DNA of 64,000 nucleotides, from assembly GCA_900088475.1 (NCBI GenBank), contig FLMG01003876.1, positions 1 to 64,000 on the forward strand. Reading direction: 5' to 3'. This document shows positions 24,515 through 38,100 of the stretch, piece after piece (the stretch's first letter is position 1; each line of letters begins with the position of its first letter). Both the position numbers and the translations under genes were made by a program. Below the pieces are notes generated by a model. The model was not told the DNA's origin. It was given only the letters and a program-made list of their open reading frames with translations, and ran no database searches. This DNA comes from Hyphochytrium catenoides (taxonomy: Eukaryota; Protista; Hyphochytriomycota).

Positions 24515-27500
24515 ATGAGACCTCCGCGTGAGGCGCTGCTGCTCACAGCAGGCGTCGCACCGTTAGGATGCCTGTGCTGGCTTTATGGCCATGCCCTTAA
24601 CGTGGCCATTGTACTCTCCGTGGTGGTCTATTTTGGTTCTCTGATGTTTACTCGTTGGACTCGAGCAACCAGGAAGGGCAAACAACTAGCTGATGGCGGA
24701 GAGACACCACTGCCAATCAACTCTGAGGAATGGCTCCAGAGCTCCGCCCCTGTGCAAGGGATACTTGTTCTTTCTCTTCTCTTCTCTTCGCTCTCCGGTG
24801 GCGGACGCACCTTATCTTTATCCTCTACTCTTCTTTGTCTTAGCGGGTTGGTGGCGTCTACGTTTCTGCTCTCGTTTACCTCCCTGACTACTCTGGTCCA
24901 CTGCCTAGCACGTTCACACCTGCAGGGGGCTTTGAATGGCCAAACGAAGTATCCTAGCAGTTTTCAAATGACCCTGCTGCCACTCTTGCCTCTTCTGGTG
25001 ATGCTATCTGGAGGCCTGATACTTGCAGGAATGTCAATCCTGCTCTGTGGGATCGACAGCTCTAGCTACCTGCTCGCGTTGTATCTACTGATTAACCTAT
25101 GGATGGCCCAAGAATCGCCCGTGCTGAAAACATGGTATCGAAAGGGTCAGCAGACACTGTGGGCAATCGGAGATGATCGGACTCTCCGACTCGGGGCTGT
25201 CATGGTTCTCTCAGCACCAGTCGCTCTGGAGCTCCTTCTTCTTCTAACACACTTTGGGTTTCACTTGGAGCTCCTCATACTTCGCTTGCTACCTCTTATC
25301 TGCTTCTTACTCCTCGCTCTAACCGCAATATCTCCTAATGAACCGAGTGCCGTCTTTCGGGTGCCGCTCTATCGCTGGCTCTCCTCTGACTCACAGATGC
25401 TGGTTGTCCGTCGTCTCATGATGTTTCTCCCTTCCGTCCTTTGCGCTTCCCGCTACATTGTCCACCATCTGATCCCTGTCGCTCTAATGGCGGGAGCTAT
25501 CTCCGTAGTAGAGGCTAGCATACTTGCTTCAGGCTGTTGGGCATCTAGCTCTAGGCCGCTTCAACGCCTGAGCGAGGCAGGAGCCCTCTCCATTCTAACA
25601 GGAAGTCTTGCTTTGAGTGGAGGATGGTGGTCACTGTTGGAGGTCTACGTGGGCCTAGCAGCCGGCAATCTGCTGCAGCACATTTGGCAAGACACTAAGC
25701 CTTCATCATTTGACGGAGTCAGAGACTTTCGGCAGCTTGGAAGTCTTGCATTGACAGCCAGCGCATGCCTAGTAATCCCATGGATTGGCAACCTCATTGT
25801 CAAATGGGGAGCTGCAACTGATCTTAGTGAAGCCAACGCCCTCGAATCTTTTCTGATCCTAGGTTTGGAAGGAATTGCCAGCTTGCTGTTCACTTCTGGG
25901 GCGAGATTGGAAGGTTTCTCTGCGGGGTTGGTGACCTTCATGGGGGAGATGGTTCACGTCCGACTGCTGGCATCCAAACAGAACGATGAAGAGTCACCTC
26001 TCTTCCTCTTCTGGGCCCTCCCGTCCTTACTGGTAGCTCTCGCTGCTCTCCAGTGCCAGGTCCTGCATCGCTATTGGAGAGGAAGGTGTTCTTCGTCGCT
26101 CCTTGCACTAGTCACCGCGATAACAGTGTCCCAGTCTCTAGGCTGTCGAGGTAGCAGGCGCTTGAGGTTGGCACTGGGCATTCACATGGCCGTAATACTT
26201 CTGCCTGCGCTATGTTACAAACCAAATCATCTCAAAGACAGCCCTATGGTGTTGGCAGTAGCCTCTCGCTTTGACGATAGAATCCCTGCCAACACTCCTC
26301 TTGTTCTGCTTCATGCCTTGCTCTTTCCCTTGACATCACTCTTCCTGGTCAGGCAAGTGGATGCTGAGCTTTCCAAAGAGCTCATAACCTACTTCCCAAA
26401 GATTTGTTGTGCAGTTTACACCTGTTACATCTTCTTAGCGTTGGGATGGCTGTGCAGGCGATACTTTCCCAGAAAAGTCCTTTTCCTTAGAATTGGAGCT
26501 GGAGCCGCATTGGGCACAAGTCTGATTATTTTGATGGCTCCAGCCCATGAAATGCAGGCCTTGCTGCACTCTGCGACGACCCTAGAGCCTAGCAGCAGTG
26601 GAGACGACAACGCTTGGCAGGACAACGGACTCCAACCGCAATTACTGGTTCGACTGTGGCTCGCAGTTTTAGCAGGTTGCCATGCCCTACTTCTAAGCCA
26701 CTCAATTGCCAAGATGGGTCGGTCAGCTCGATCCGGCGCCTCGCTAGTGCTGTGTGGGCTACAGATGAAGGCCCTACTATCTTTGCTTCCAGTTGAGCCA
26801 TCACTGTCTCTCTTGTTTCTCTCACTTAGCTGGGTAGGCTTGTCTCTGCTCCTCAGTAGTCTGATGGGCCCTGGTGCCATCCTATGGACGGAAGTAAGAG
26901 GACTGCACTTGGCATGGAACGCATTCATTGCACTATCTTTGCTTCTGGTTAGCGAGAGCCCAATAGAAGTATGCATCATGTGCGGGGTTGTGGCTCTGAG
27001 CGGAAATATCCTGGTCATTTTGGTCGCGGGCTGGAGCGTTGCCAGGGCAGAATCCTTGTATACGCGACGCTATAGGGTTGACAGGGACCGCCGGAGCTGG
27101 ACGAAGCTTCATAATATATCCTTGTCATGTATGGCCATGCTCCCAGTCCTTTGGCATGCGGCACAAGCTCTAGAGCAAGCCCTCGTCTCGAGTGGTGCTA
27201 CCAAGTATACCTTCCGTGTTTCCACGTTTCTGGCTGCAGGTTCTCCTTCGCTACTTTACTTTCTCAAACAGGGAAGGCTGAGCGGATTACGAGGTCCTTT
27301 CTCCCGCCTTGCGCCCATCGCCTCGCTAGCCCTATTTCATCTCTCTCTCTCCGCGCTGCTTCATCAGTGGGTGGCTCTGGTGGACGGACTACACCGCTAT
27401 CATGCGATGTTGCCTTTGCTGCTAAGGGTGACCTTCGAGTTTATTTGTTTGGGTCTTGATGTGATGTTGGCCATCAAGAATCTGAAGCACTTTTGGCTGC

Positions 27501-27679
27501 CGAATAGACTGAGATTTTCTTATCGGCAGTGGCTCCGCCAGTGCTCTTTGATGGCCTTGATTGGTTATGTGACAAATTCCTTTGCTACGCGACTGCTTGT
27601 TCTGGGTTCTATGGCTCTTTGGGCCACTCTTGGCTTGCAGAAATGGGCGAAGCGAGAAGAAAAGAGGTTGCTCATCTGA
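24515..27679 (+). CDS. Intronless polytopic membrane protein, NO EXINE FORMATION 1 (NEF1)-like
   Basis: 1054-aa ORF with more than 20 hydrophobic segments. Segments GIDSSSYLLALYLLINLW, LYRWLSSDSQMLVVRRL and RRYFPRKVLFLR...LIILMAP recall plant NEF1 (from memory, not aligned). Confidence 0.6.
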   Translation: MRPPREALLLTAGVAPLGCLCWLYGHALNVAIVLSVVVYFGSLMFTRWTRATRKGKQLADGGETPLPINSEEWLQSSAPVQGILVLSLLFSSLSGGGRTLSLSSTLLCLSGLVASTFLLSFTSLTTLVHCLARSHLQGALNGQTKYPSSFQMTLLPLLPLLVMLSGGLILAGMSILLCGIDSSSYLLALYLLINLWMAQESPVLKTWYRKGQQTLWAIGDDRTLRLGAVMVLSAPVALELLLLLTHFGFHLELLILRLLPLICFLLLALTAISPNEPSAVFRVPLYRWLSSDSQMLVVRRLMMFLPSVLCASRYIVHHLIPVALMAGAISVVEASILASGCWASSSRPLQRLSEAGALSILTGSLALSGGWWSLLEVYVGLAAGNLLQHIWQDTKPSSFDGVRDFRQLGSLALTASACLVIPWIGNLIVKWGAATDLSEANALESFLILGLEGIASLLFTSGARLEGFSAGLVTFMGEMVHVRLLASKQNDEESPLFLFWALPSLLVALAALQCQVLHRYWRGRCSSSLLALVTAITVSQSLGCRGSRRLRLALGIHMAVILLPALCYKPNHLKDSPMVLAVASRFDDRIPANTPLVLLHALLFPLTSLFLVRQVDAELSKELITYFPKICCAVYTCYIFLALGWLCRRYFPRKVLFLRIGAGAALGTSLIILMAPAHEMQALLHSATTLEPSSSGDDNAWQDNGLQPQLLVRLWLAVLAGCHALLLSHSIAKMGRSARSGASLVLCGLQMKALLSLLPVEPSLSLLFLSLSWVGLSLLLSSLMGPGAILWTEVRGLHLAWNAFIALSLLLVSESPIEVCIMCGVVALSGNILVILVAGWSVARAESLYTRRYRVDRDRRSWTKLHNISLSCMAMLPVLWHAAQALEQALVSSGATKYTFRVSTFLAAGSPSLLYFLKQGRLSGLRGPFSRLAPIASLALFHLSLSALLHQWVALVDGLHRYHAMLPLLLRVTFEFICLGLDVMLAIKNLKHFWLPNRLRFSYRQWLRQCSLMALIGYVTNSFATRLLVLGSMALWATLGLQKWAKREEKRLLI

Positions 27680-28015
27680 TGGAGGACACTAGGTGGAAGC
27701 AGATATATAGAGTCACGATAGCTCTACGATTCATCTCCTCATCATATTTATGCTTATTTATAGTGAGAAAAGCTTAGCACAGACCCGCTGGAACTGGCCA
27801 CGCACTATTGAGTCCGCCAAATAGAGCTTACAAAGGCTAAAGAAAGGGTAATACTCTACTCTATTTCTAAACTCCGTCCCTTAATATGTCTAGGAGCTCA
27901 CGATTCTCCATAGCGGCACCACCACTGCAGACGGAGAGGGCACTCTGTGTGTCCCACAACATGAATTCGTTCACACACACAAAAGCTTTCCATAATCCTA
28001 CCCGCATAACGCCTC

Positions 28016-29398
<1,383 letters not shown>

Positions 29399-29879
29399 CT
29401 TCAAGCCTCACGTACACCAACGCAGAACGCCTGCCTACCAAGCAACACGCATTCCCATCACCTCAAAGGCAGTGACAAGATGGGCGATGACGGAAGAACC
29501 GATGAGCTCTCAAAGCCGTCAAGCCTTTCCAAGACCAGCTGGACTCTATCCTGCTTCCAGATTGCTCCTGCTTCCCGATCGGAGTGCGGCTTCGCGCATC
29601 AACAAGGCCATCAGAATCAGCCTAGGAAGAAAAGCGATGACATTTACAGCCGCTAACCGCCACCAGTCCAGTGGTTTACAGGTCTCAGTTCTCAATGTCT
29701 GCAGCCCAATGAAGAGCTCTCGAGGATGGCTCGGGCGATAGCGTAGCACGCTAGGGGTTGGTCGAGCCTTGAGCAGCGCAGTCACTTGTGCAGACGACTG
29801 TAGCGTGAGTCTTCAGTGGACAAGGGAAGGGTGTCCTTTGCCCTCCTCCTTGGACAGCGGCCAGAGCAGGCTGGGCAGG

Positions 29880-31479
29880 ATGAGGGCGTGGGTGGCCCTT
29901 GGGAAGGCAGCGCTATGGCGCTCGGCGCGAGGCGCACGACACAATCCAGTCCTCAGCTATCGCGCCACTGAAGTCTCTAGAAATCAACTTTATATGCCCG
30001 GTCAGTGCCGCGCCCTACATGCAGGAAGCAAACCCGATCGAAGGATGAAGGCGGATGATGACCAAATCGTGCTTAGAAAGCTCGTTGCGAGCGTGTTCCT
30101 CAAAGTTCACCCAGATCTTCTCAGATCGCGCGGAAAAGAGGTTCAATCCACAAACGAAGCATCGCTGCAGGTTGGGCTTTCGGGCCTAGATCTCTCTTCG
30201 TCTTAGCTGCCGCTGCCTAATGACCTCTATGCTATGTGCACCGTAGGAGCTGAATGCCTTCCTGGACATTGCGGAGAAATGCTGCAATGGGAACTTTGAC
30301 CGCGCGGCTCTCAATGGACTGAAGACTCATTATGTTTTCACCTTCTACTTCCTCGAAACGTCCCAAGAGAGGACAGGAAGGAATGATGAGGACGAACAGC
30401 AGGCTGAAGGGGAGGCAGACCTGATGAAGGTCTGACGTCAAGAGTCTTATCGCCATACCACTAGTCTGATACTTACTTCTCCTCTCTCTCTCTCGCTCTC
30501 TCTCTCTGTTCTCTTCAGCTTCGAATGCCTGTCAAGCTGCCTCCTCTGCTCTATCAGTCGACGAACAACGTTAGACCTTCTGGCCGAGAAGCTCTTCAGG
30601 AGCAATGGAAGGCGTTTACTGATGAGACTCTTAAAAAGATGATGAAGAAGCTCCGTGTACCCTTGCCCCAAGCCGGCTATCTGCTGAAGGTGCGTGGGCA
30701 TATCTCTTCCTCATCTATCTGACGCTTGCTTTGTAAGGCTGACTGACAAACCCAAACCTGGCTTCTCCAGTACGATGCTGAGCCTATAAAGCCAAGGGCG
30801 TTCACTTTGGAGGAGAAGCTAAGAGCCCAGCGGTTAGTGAGACAGTCTCTCGTTTGTCCCCTCGACCCTAGTGGCTAGCACTAAAGTCCCTCTGACCTGG
30901 CAATAGCGCAAAAGCGGATCTTGACAAGTTTTACTCGGAGGCAATGTTCAAGGAGCTGACAATGCATGCGGAAAGAGACATAAGGGACAGAAGCATTCAG
31001 GACATGCAACTGAAAGGTTCGTTGTGTCGGGCAAGCACTAGCCTGCCAACCCGTCCTCATCGTCTTCTTTCCCTCAGTCGCCGGCTTCAGTGTTAGGCGT
31101 AACTTTGTCATGAACACTTTCGTCCCTCAGTGTGTCATCGTGCAAGACCTTCCCCCTCAGCAGGTAAGCTCCTTCAGAGGAAATTGTGGCTTTACTACCT
31201 AGGAGATGAACGCAGATACTCCGTTGACAGGCAGCAAAGGCCTTAGGACAACTATCAGCTGTTCTACTGGAGCATGATACCTACCTCTCCCTTTCGTCGC
31301 CAATGTGGCGAAGAGTCAGAATTGTCATTTCTGGCAAGAAAGAGTTCTCTTCAAAATGGGATACCAGGGGCATACTATGGCTCTTTTGTCCTAGCGCTTT
31401 TGACTCCGGCGAGGCTCTTGACTTCATAGCCAGCAAAGTCTTGAAGACTGTAAAGCCTCCCACCGATATGTTCGTCTAG
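29880..31479 (+). CDS. DUF4460-domain (TCAIM-like) protein, probably mitochondrial
   Basis: Arg/Ala-rich presequence, then LRKLVASVFLKVHPDLL...NEASLQ|ELNAFLD. Seven exons join in frame to TAG at 31477-31479. Confidence 0.65.
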
Positions 31480-33129
31480 CTGGGTTGTGGGCAGAGAGGA
31501 CCGAGAATCCGACAGCTCGGTACACCTGCGGATGTTTGGGCTCATGGACGCTGCAGAGATGGTGTACCACCTATAATCATCCTCGCTTCTAATCCAGCAT
31601 ATCGGAACACGGACTTCTCCCCTGAGCACTTGGAACGGGGCTACAGCTCTGAGAGGTGATGGGCCTGGAGAGTGGCTCCTCTTATGTAGCTTCTCCTGGG
31701 AGTTCCCAGATTATCGTTTGGGGATCGGCCGGCGGCAAGACGAGGTAGCTTCGGAAGGTTCCTGGGGTCGGTCGCCTGCCTATAATGGCTGGAAGATTTT
31801 CTGCCTCCAATGGTCTCAACCTTGACCAGAGAGTAACTAGAGCCAACTTCTTGCGTCCTGATCGCTAATGGCAAACGTGGGGAAAACTTCTCTTTTCAAC
31901 AAACTCCAGAAGCCATCAGCGAGACGGAGCTGTCTCACACTCTTGAACTCCTTGCCTCGCCTCCTATTTGATCATTAGCAACACATGCCAACTGCTGACT
32001 AGGACATGCCGGAACAGCTGACAAGACCAATGTCTGGTGCGTGATCTGGGAGATGTAACGAGGGACGACGGCAGTCGAGGTATCCGCCTAGTAGTTTGGC
32101 CTTGCCAGATCTAGATAGGACACAGATTGCGGTTCAAACAGTTGCACTCGGGTAGGACCTCTATTCATGCCAGCCATATATAGTAACCTCCACCTGCTTA
32201 GCAGCAAGCGCTCTCGGTCTGAACCGCTATCTATGCCGATATTTCCCCTACCCCTCGTAAGACTAAGGTAGCCTAGGCGATGCGAACAAGACACTCTCGG
32301 CGAGCAACAGTAGTAGCCTTGTCTTACGTTATGAGGATCAACTGAAAGGAATAATGCTGCTCTCATGTCTGTCTATGGCGAGAGATGAGAAGGCTTTTGG
32401 CAACTCCAGCCGCTTACGACAGGGCCTTGAGCGCCTAGCCTACGGCATTGATAGGCAGGCTTGGTGTCCTCTCGCTTCTCACTATCCTTTCAGGACTCAC
32501 CCATCATGGGGGCTCCGTTGACTGATGCTGCTGAGCTTTCTCTTCTGACGCCTCACCATCCTGACTGTCCCGTAGTTTGTCTACTCTTAACTCCTTGTTG
32601 TCACTCGGTGTCCTCTTCCGTTAGAACATCATCAAGCCATCTTAGACGGCTCTCCTCCTCTTGCTCTTCTCATCACACATCATATAGCTGCTGCTGCGGC
32701 CTGACTTCCCCTGGCTCATGTTCTGTTCTGTCTGCGGTGAAGGAGGAAGAAAGGAAACAGGGCACCTGCGGGCTACTATTTACCCTGTCCTCCGTCTTAT
32801 CACTCATCACACCGTCAGTGCTCCTCTATGTGCAAGCGCACAGACCAACTGATGAAGGCAAGTCGACAGTAGCAGGCGAGGAAGGGAGGACTTTCATTCG
32901 CATCATTTTCATTCGCATAGCGAGGCTGTTTGTTAGTCTTTCCGATCTGCTTTCTCCTTCCGTCATGATGATAGACTACTGTTTGTCTTCTGTCGGTCTT
33001 CAAAGGGCGACGCCTGGCATTTCGCTATCATATCGAGGAAAATCTGAAAAGAATGCTCCTGAAAGTCGGGAAGCAGGCGCTTGAGACGTAAGGCCTTAGG
33101 CTGTGAAGCAGCAGGGCAAACGGGAAGAG

Positions 33130-33760
33130 CTTAAAGAGAAAAGATAGGTTCGTCTCGAAGGAAGGAAAGAACAAGGGAGGAAAGAAAAGAGCAAGATCCC
33201 AACGGAGGAGGAAGAGAGTGCAATGAGATGAAGGGGCCAAGTCGCAGGGAAACACTATGAAAAGAGGAAGAGGAAAAGCGGAAGGAGACTCGAAAGGGGC
33301 CAGGCAAGTTCTGGACACGGGCAGAAAGAGAGAGACGGAGAGAGAAAGAGATAGATAATATAAGGAGAGAGAGACAGCGAAAGATAGTGATGGTAGAACT
33401 AAGTGTGAGAGAGATAACAGAAAGAAAGAAAGAAAGAAATGGAAGTGCCAAGACGATGACAGAGCTCCGGGAGAGCCGGCAAGGGGAGAACAAAGTCCTG
33501 CTTTCTATTAGAGACACAGAAGAAACCCACGAGGATCTCATTCCTCGAGAAAGGAGAGAGATTAAGCGGAGCAGTGTGGAAACGGGAACTGAAGAGTGAG
33601 TGAGATGAGAGAGAGGTGTGAGAGAGAGAGAGAGAGAAAGAGCGAGAGGAGAAAAGTCGAGAGAGAAAGAGAGAGAGAGAGAGAATGTAAGGAGAGGGAC
33701 AGAAGCAAGGACGATCCCTAACATTTGTCTTGTAACGGATGGAAGTGGCCGTTACAGTCA

Positions 33761-33792
<32 letters not shown>

Positions 33793-34135
33793 GCGCGCTC
33801 TTCCCCTCTAGTTCTCCCTCACCCTCTGTCTCTGTCTCTCTCTCTCTCTCACTTTCTCAGCAGTGTGCCACGGTTCTACTCGAACAATGTACTTGGTTCG
33901 TTTCTTGCCCGCTCTGTCTCAATCCTTCTCCTCTCACCTTCTGCTTTCAACCTCGGCATTCAGAAACACCAGCTGCCTCTTCCTTCCACTTGTTCCAAAT
34001 CATATGCTTTTTCTCTCTCTTTGCTCTCTCGCGCTTTCACCCTGCTCTCTCTCTCGCCTCCCTCTCTCTCTCTCTCTCTCCCTCTCCCTCTCTCTCTGTG
34101 TATGTGTCACATCTCTATCGCTCTCTCTTTCTTTC
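33130..34135. repeat. Polypurine (GA-rich) tract ~33130-33712 abutting a polypyrimidine (CT-rich) tract ~33761-34135, with (GA)n/(CT)n microsatellites
   Basis: Composition read directly. The overlapping ORFs (RERE.../SLSL...) are repeat artefacts. Confidence 0.9.
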
Positions 34136-35105
34136 GGTGTCTGCCTCGTACTAATGAACGCTGACTCTCTCGCTGCTTTGGGTTCTTCGGCTTCGAGGCT
34201 AAGCGTGAGAGCAATGGCAGCATCAGCATGAATTGAACAGAAGATGGTCCACTGCTTCCATTTATCTCTTCTTCTTCTCTCTTAGCACTCAACAGCCATC
34301 AACAACTAACTGTCCCTCCCTCCTCGGTGCTGGTCCAATAGACAGAGCGTCGGGGACAGGCCATTAGCCACCAGACCGGGGGGAAGTTAGACACATGATT
34401 CAGTGTCAACTGCCAGAGTCAGGCAGGGCACGTGCACGGAGAGTTGTCTGTTGACTAGAAACCTAAGCCTTACAAAGACTAGTGGGGTAAGTCAAGCTAG
34501 CTGTTGAGCCAATGGATGAGTAAGAGTTAGAGGAGGATGGGGGACAATGGAGTAGCAAGTCGCAGAGGAGAGAATAGAGAGAAAGAGAGAGAGAGACCAT
34601 GGCTCTCTTGAATCCCCAGAACACGAGGATGTTCCTAGTCTATTAAAGGCTGTTGAGCTTACTTCTTGTCTGGGTTGCCTTAGCTGATGACGCTTATCGG
34701 CCGCTCATCCCAGCTCCTAGCTGAAGCATAAACTGGTCAGGTCCTTTGAGAGCAAACTCCTTTCCTTCTGCTGCTGTTGCCTCTTGACCTATTATTACAA
34801 AGAAACTTGGACTCAGTTCCCGTCAGCTGCTGCTACGTCAACGTCATCTTTCCTCGTCCCTTGTGATCATTGACTCCTCTTCTTTTACCGCAGCAGGGTC
34901 GCTGTCTTCCTCTCGTGCTGCTCATTCCTCCGTTCCGCTGTTCACCATTTTAAACCCCTTCGGCTTCTCAGCTAATCATCCCAGAGAAAGAGCTGAAAGC
35001 TTACCTGTCACGCAATCCGCATCTGGGTCTCTGTCGCTGATCACCGCTCACAACAGAAAGAGCGGTCTTCTACTCATATCCTTTGTCAATAGAAGCCTGT
35101 CAAGG

Positions 35106-38100
35106 ATGAGAAGAGGCAAAAAGGTTGTCACTTGTCCTCCCGCAAGAGGGCTCGAGGACTCGCCAATCGTGTCAAGTCAAAGGCACCTTTTTCTACCGAT
35201 TATTATCCTTGCTTGTGCCTGTTTCTCTTATGTCCCTGGTGTCGCTGCCATCTCGCCCTACTTCGGGACCAATACCTGTGGCGCCACCACGACCATCAAG
35301 TTTGCCCAGTCTTCTGATCAATCTGGCGCGCTCTCAGCCATTGGTATTGGCATGCGCTTAGGCATCGAAGCAGCATTCAAGGAAGTGAATAACTCTGGCG
35401 GCGTCAGAGGTCTCTACTTCCAGTTAGACTCCAAGGACGATGTCTACAATCCCGTTAACGCGAGCAAGAACGCCATGACTTTTACCAATCAAAGTGACGT
35501 CTTTGGGATGATTGGCTGGGTCGGCACAGCTAACGCTGAGGCTTCTCTGCCCGTCATTCTGCCCACTGGGATGCCCTTCATTGGCGTGTTTAGTGGAGGG
35601 AACCAAGTCCTGCGTGAGCCTTATAATAGACAGATTGTCAACTTCAGGCCCTCGTATTTGGACGAGACGGCAACCATGGTCGAGTACCTGATAAATGTTA
35701 GGAGGTTCTCCCGCATAGCCGTCCTCATGCAAAATGACTCCTTTGGAGAAGCTTGCAAAGAGGGCGTCCGGCTCGCACTGGAGTCCAACAATCTTCGTAT
35801 CCATAGCGAGGGTCGGTATGCACCGAGAACAACGGCGATAGAGCCTGCTCTGAAGATCATTACGGAGTCTGAGGTGATGCCGGAGGCTGTTATCGTGGCA
35901 GGAATTGCGGATCCTAGCGCATACTTTATCCAGCAAGCGAGCAAGGTTCTCCCAAGAGAGACTATCTACATGGTGCCATCCGTCGTTGCTCAAGCTTTCG
36001 TGGATATTCTGATGAAAGCCCCTGCAGACAGTCGTCCTGTGATGGAGAATATCATCGTCACGCAAGTCGTTCCCTTGCCTTATAACACTTCCTTGCCGAT
36101 CGTCTCTCGATACCAAGCCGCTCTCCGTCTAGTCAACTCCACCATTCCGTTTGACTTTTCCTCTCTAGAAGGCTACCTCGTCGGAAGGATGGCAATCGAT
36201 ATCGTTCGTAGGCTAGGGACCAATTATTTTACTCGGGAGATGTTTCTTGAAGCCGCTTATGACTCGGGATCTTTCAACTTTGATGGGCTTCGCTGTGGGC
36301 CCCTGCTGCCAAAAGAAGTCAAAGAAGGATGCAATGTTTGCATGAGAACCGTCGCAATGACGACGATCTCTCCTCAAGGCACTTATCAACAACTGCTCGA
36401 TCAGCCTGACTTGCGCTTTGAGACCTGCGGCTACCGAGCCAAGGTCTGGACCTTCTTGAAGTTTGGCCAGTCTGCGGCAATGAAAGGCTCACGCTCCAGC
36501 ATTCCTGTATCCTTCAATGCAGGTATCCGCGCCGCTTTTCAGGATGTGAATGACCGCGGAGGACTTCTTGGCATTAAGCTTGACATTGTTGCGAAGGATG
36601 ACAAGGACGATCCCACCATTGCCCGGCAGAACATCCGTGAATTTGCTAATGATTCTTCCATTCTAGCCATTGTAGGCTCTTCGCTCTTATCATCTCAGCT
36701 TTCTAAAGAGGCACTTTTGGCAGCTAAAGAGGTGGGCTTGCCCTTCGTGGGTTCTCCTTCAGGCGGCCTCTCTCTACGGAGCCCATTTGACCGTCACGCC
36801 ATCAACTTTCGGGCCTCGTACTTTGACGAGGCAATGGCGATGATAACCTTCCTCTACAAAGTGGAGAACATCACAAGGGTCTCAGCTGTCTTTTCAGATG
36901 ACAGTTTAGCCTTAGAAGGCAGAGACCTGGTGGCTGCTGCATTATCTTCAAAGAGACTGACTCTCTACACTGAATATAGCTTCAGTTCGCAACCTGCGGA
37001 CATCCCGACAGCCATAGCTGGGCTGGAAGGCGGTGAGGGAGCACCGCAGGCAGTGGTAATGATTGGTCCAGTGCAACTTCTCGGGTCTTTCGTTAAGCAA
37101 GCAAAAGCGAAGTGGAAAGAAAATGTCTGGTACTTGGCATTCTCCTCAGTCAACGCAGAAGAATTTGCTCAGACCTTAGCTCTGGGACTGCCTGGCAGCT
37201 CAGAGAGTGAGCCATTGATTTCTCAGAATGTCCTCATCGCTCAGGTTGTCCCACTGCCCACGGATACTAATCTTAAGGCCGTTCGGTCCTTCCAAGGAGC
37301 TATGCGACGATTAGACAAGGCTGCACCACTAAACTCTGCAGCGTTTGAAGGCTACTTGACTGCTTCCATGCTCATTAACGCCCTACAACGCTTAGGCGGA
37401 GAATTCAACCGTCCTGAGAAGCTCCTGGATGCCTTCTATGACTCTGGATCCTTCTCTATGGAAGGCGTACACTGTGGGCCCTTGCTGTCAGAGACTGGCG
37501 CTGATGGTGCAGGAGGCGAAGGCGGCGGCTGTAACCAGTGCATGAAGAAGGTTTGGTTAGCCGCTGTGGACCAGAATGGGTCTTTATACTTTAATCCAAA
37601 AGGAGAACACTCCTTCGAAGCTTCTTGTGGATCTCCTGTCGTTCCTAATGCGGACTTCAAGCTCGGAAGCGCCCGATTGGCCGTGGTGGTTGTCGCTGCA
37701 TTCCAGGTCTTCCTCACTTTAGTGCTGATGGCTCTTCTTTGCTACCATCGGCACTACATCCTCATTCGGGGCAGCTTCCGCTTCAGCTTGGTTACGTGTC
37801 TAGGCGGAGTCCTGTGCTATAGCGTGATCTTTGCTATGTATCCAATCCCTACCGACGCTGTCTGCCTTGCTCAGCCCTGGATTGGACACCTATCGTTCTG
37901 CTTTATCTTTGGTCCTCTCTTCGCGAAAACGAGGCGTGTAGCAATGATCTTTACTAACAAGAAGCTGTCCAGAGTCCTCATCACAGATGCACAGGTGATG
38001 GGGTTCTTCGCGGGTATTCTGCTCTTCTACCTGCTCCACCTCTGTATTTGGACAGGTTTAGATCCTCCCAGAATGGTGGAGGCCATAACTTCAGAGCAAA

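Noticed and set aside
32461-34292. Long ORFs rich in SLSL/RERE
   Set aside because: Translations of CT/GA low-complexity DNA with no domain signal.
35424-36116. Long antisense ORFs (also 18921-19586, 26425-27018, 28041-28811)
   Set aside because: Shadows of real genes on the opposite strand, with no recognisable motifs.
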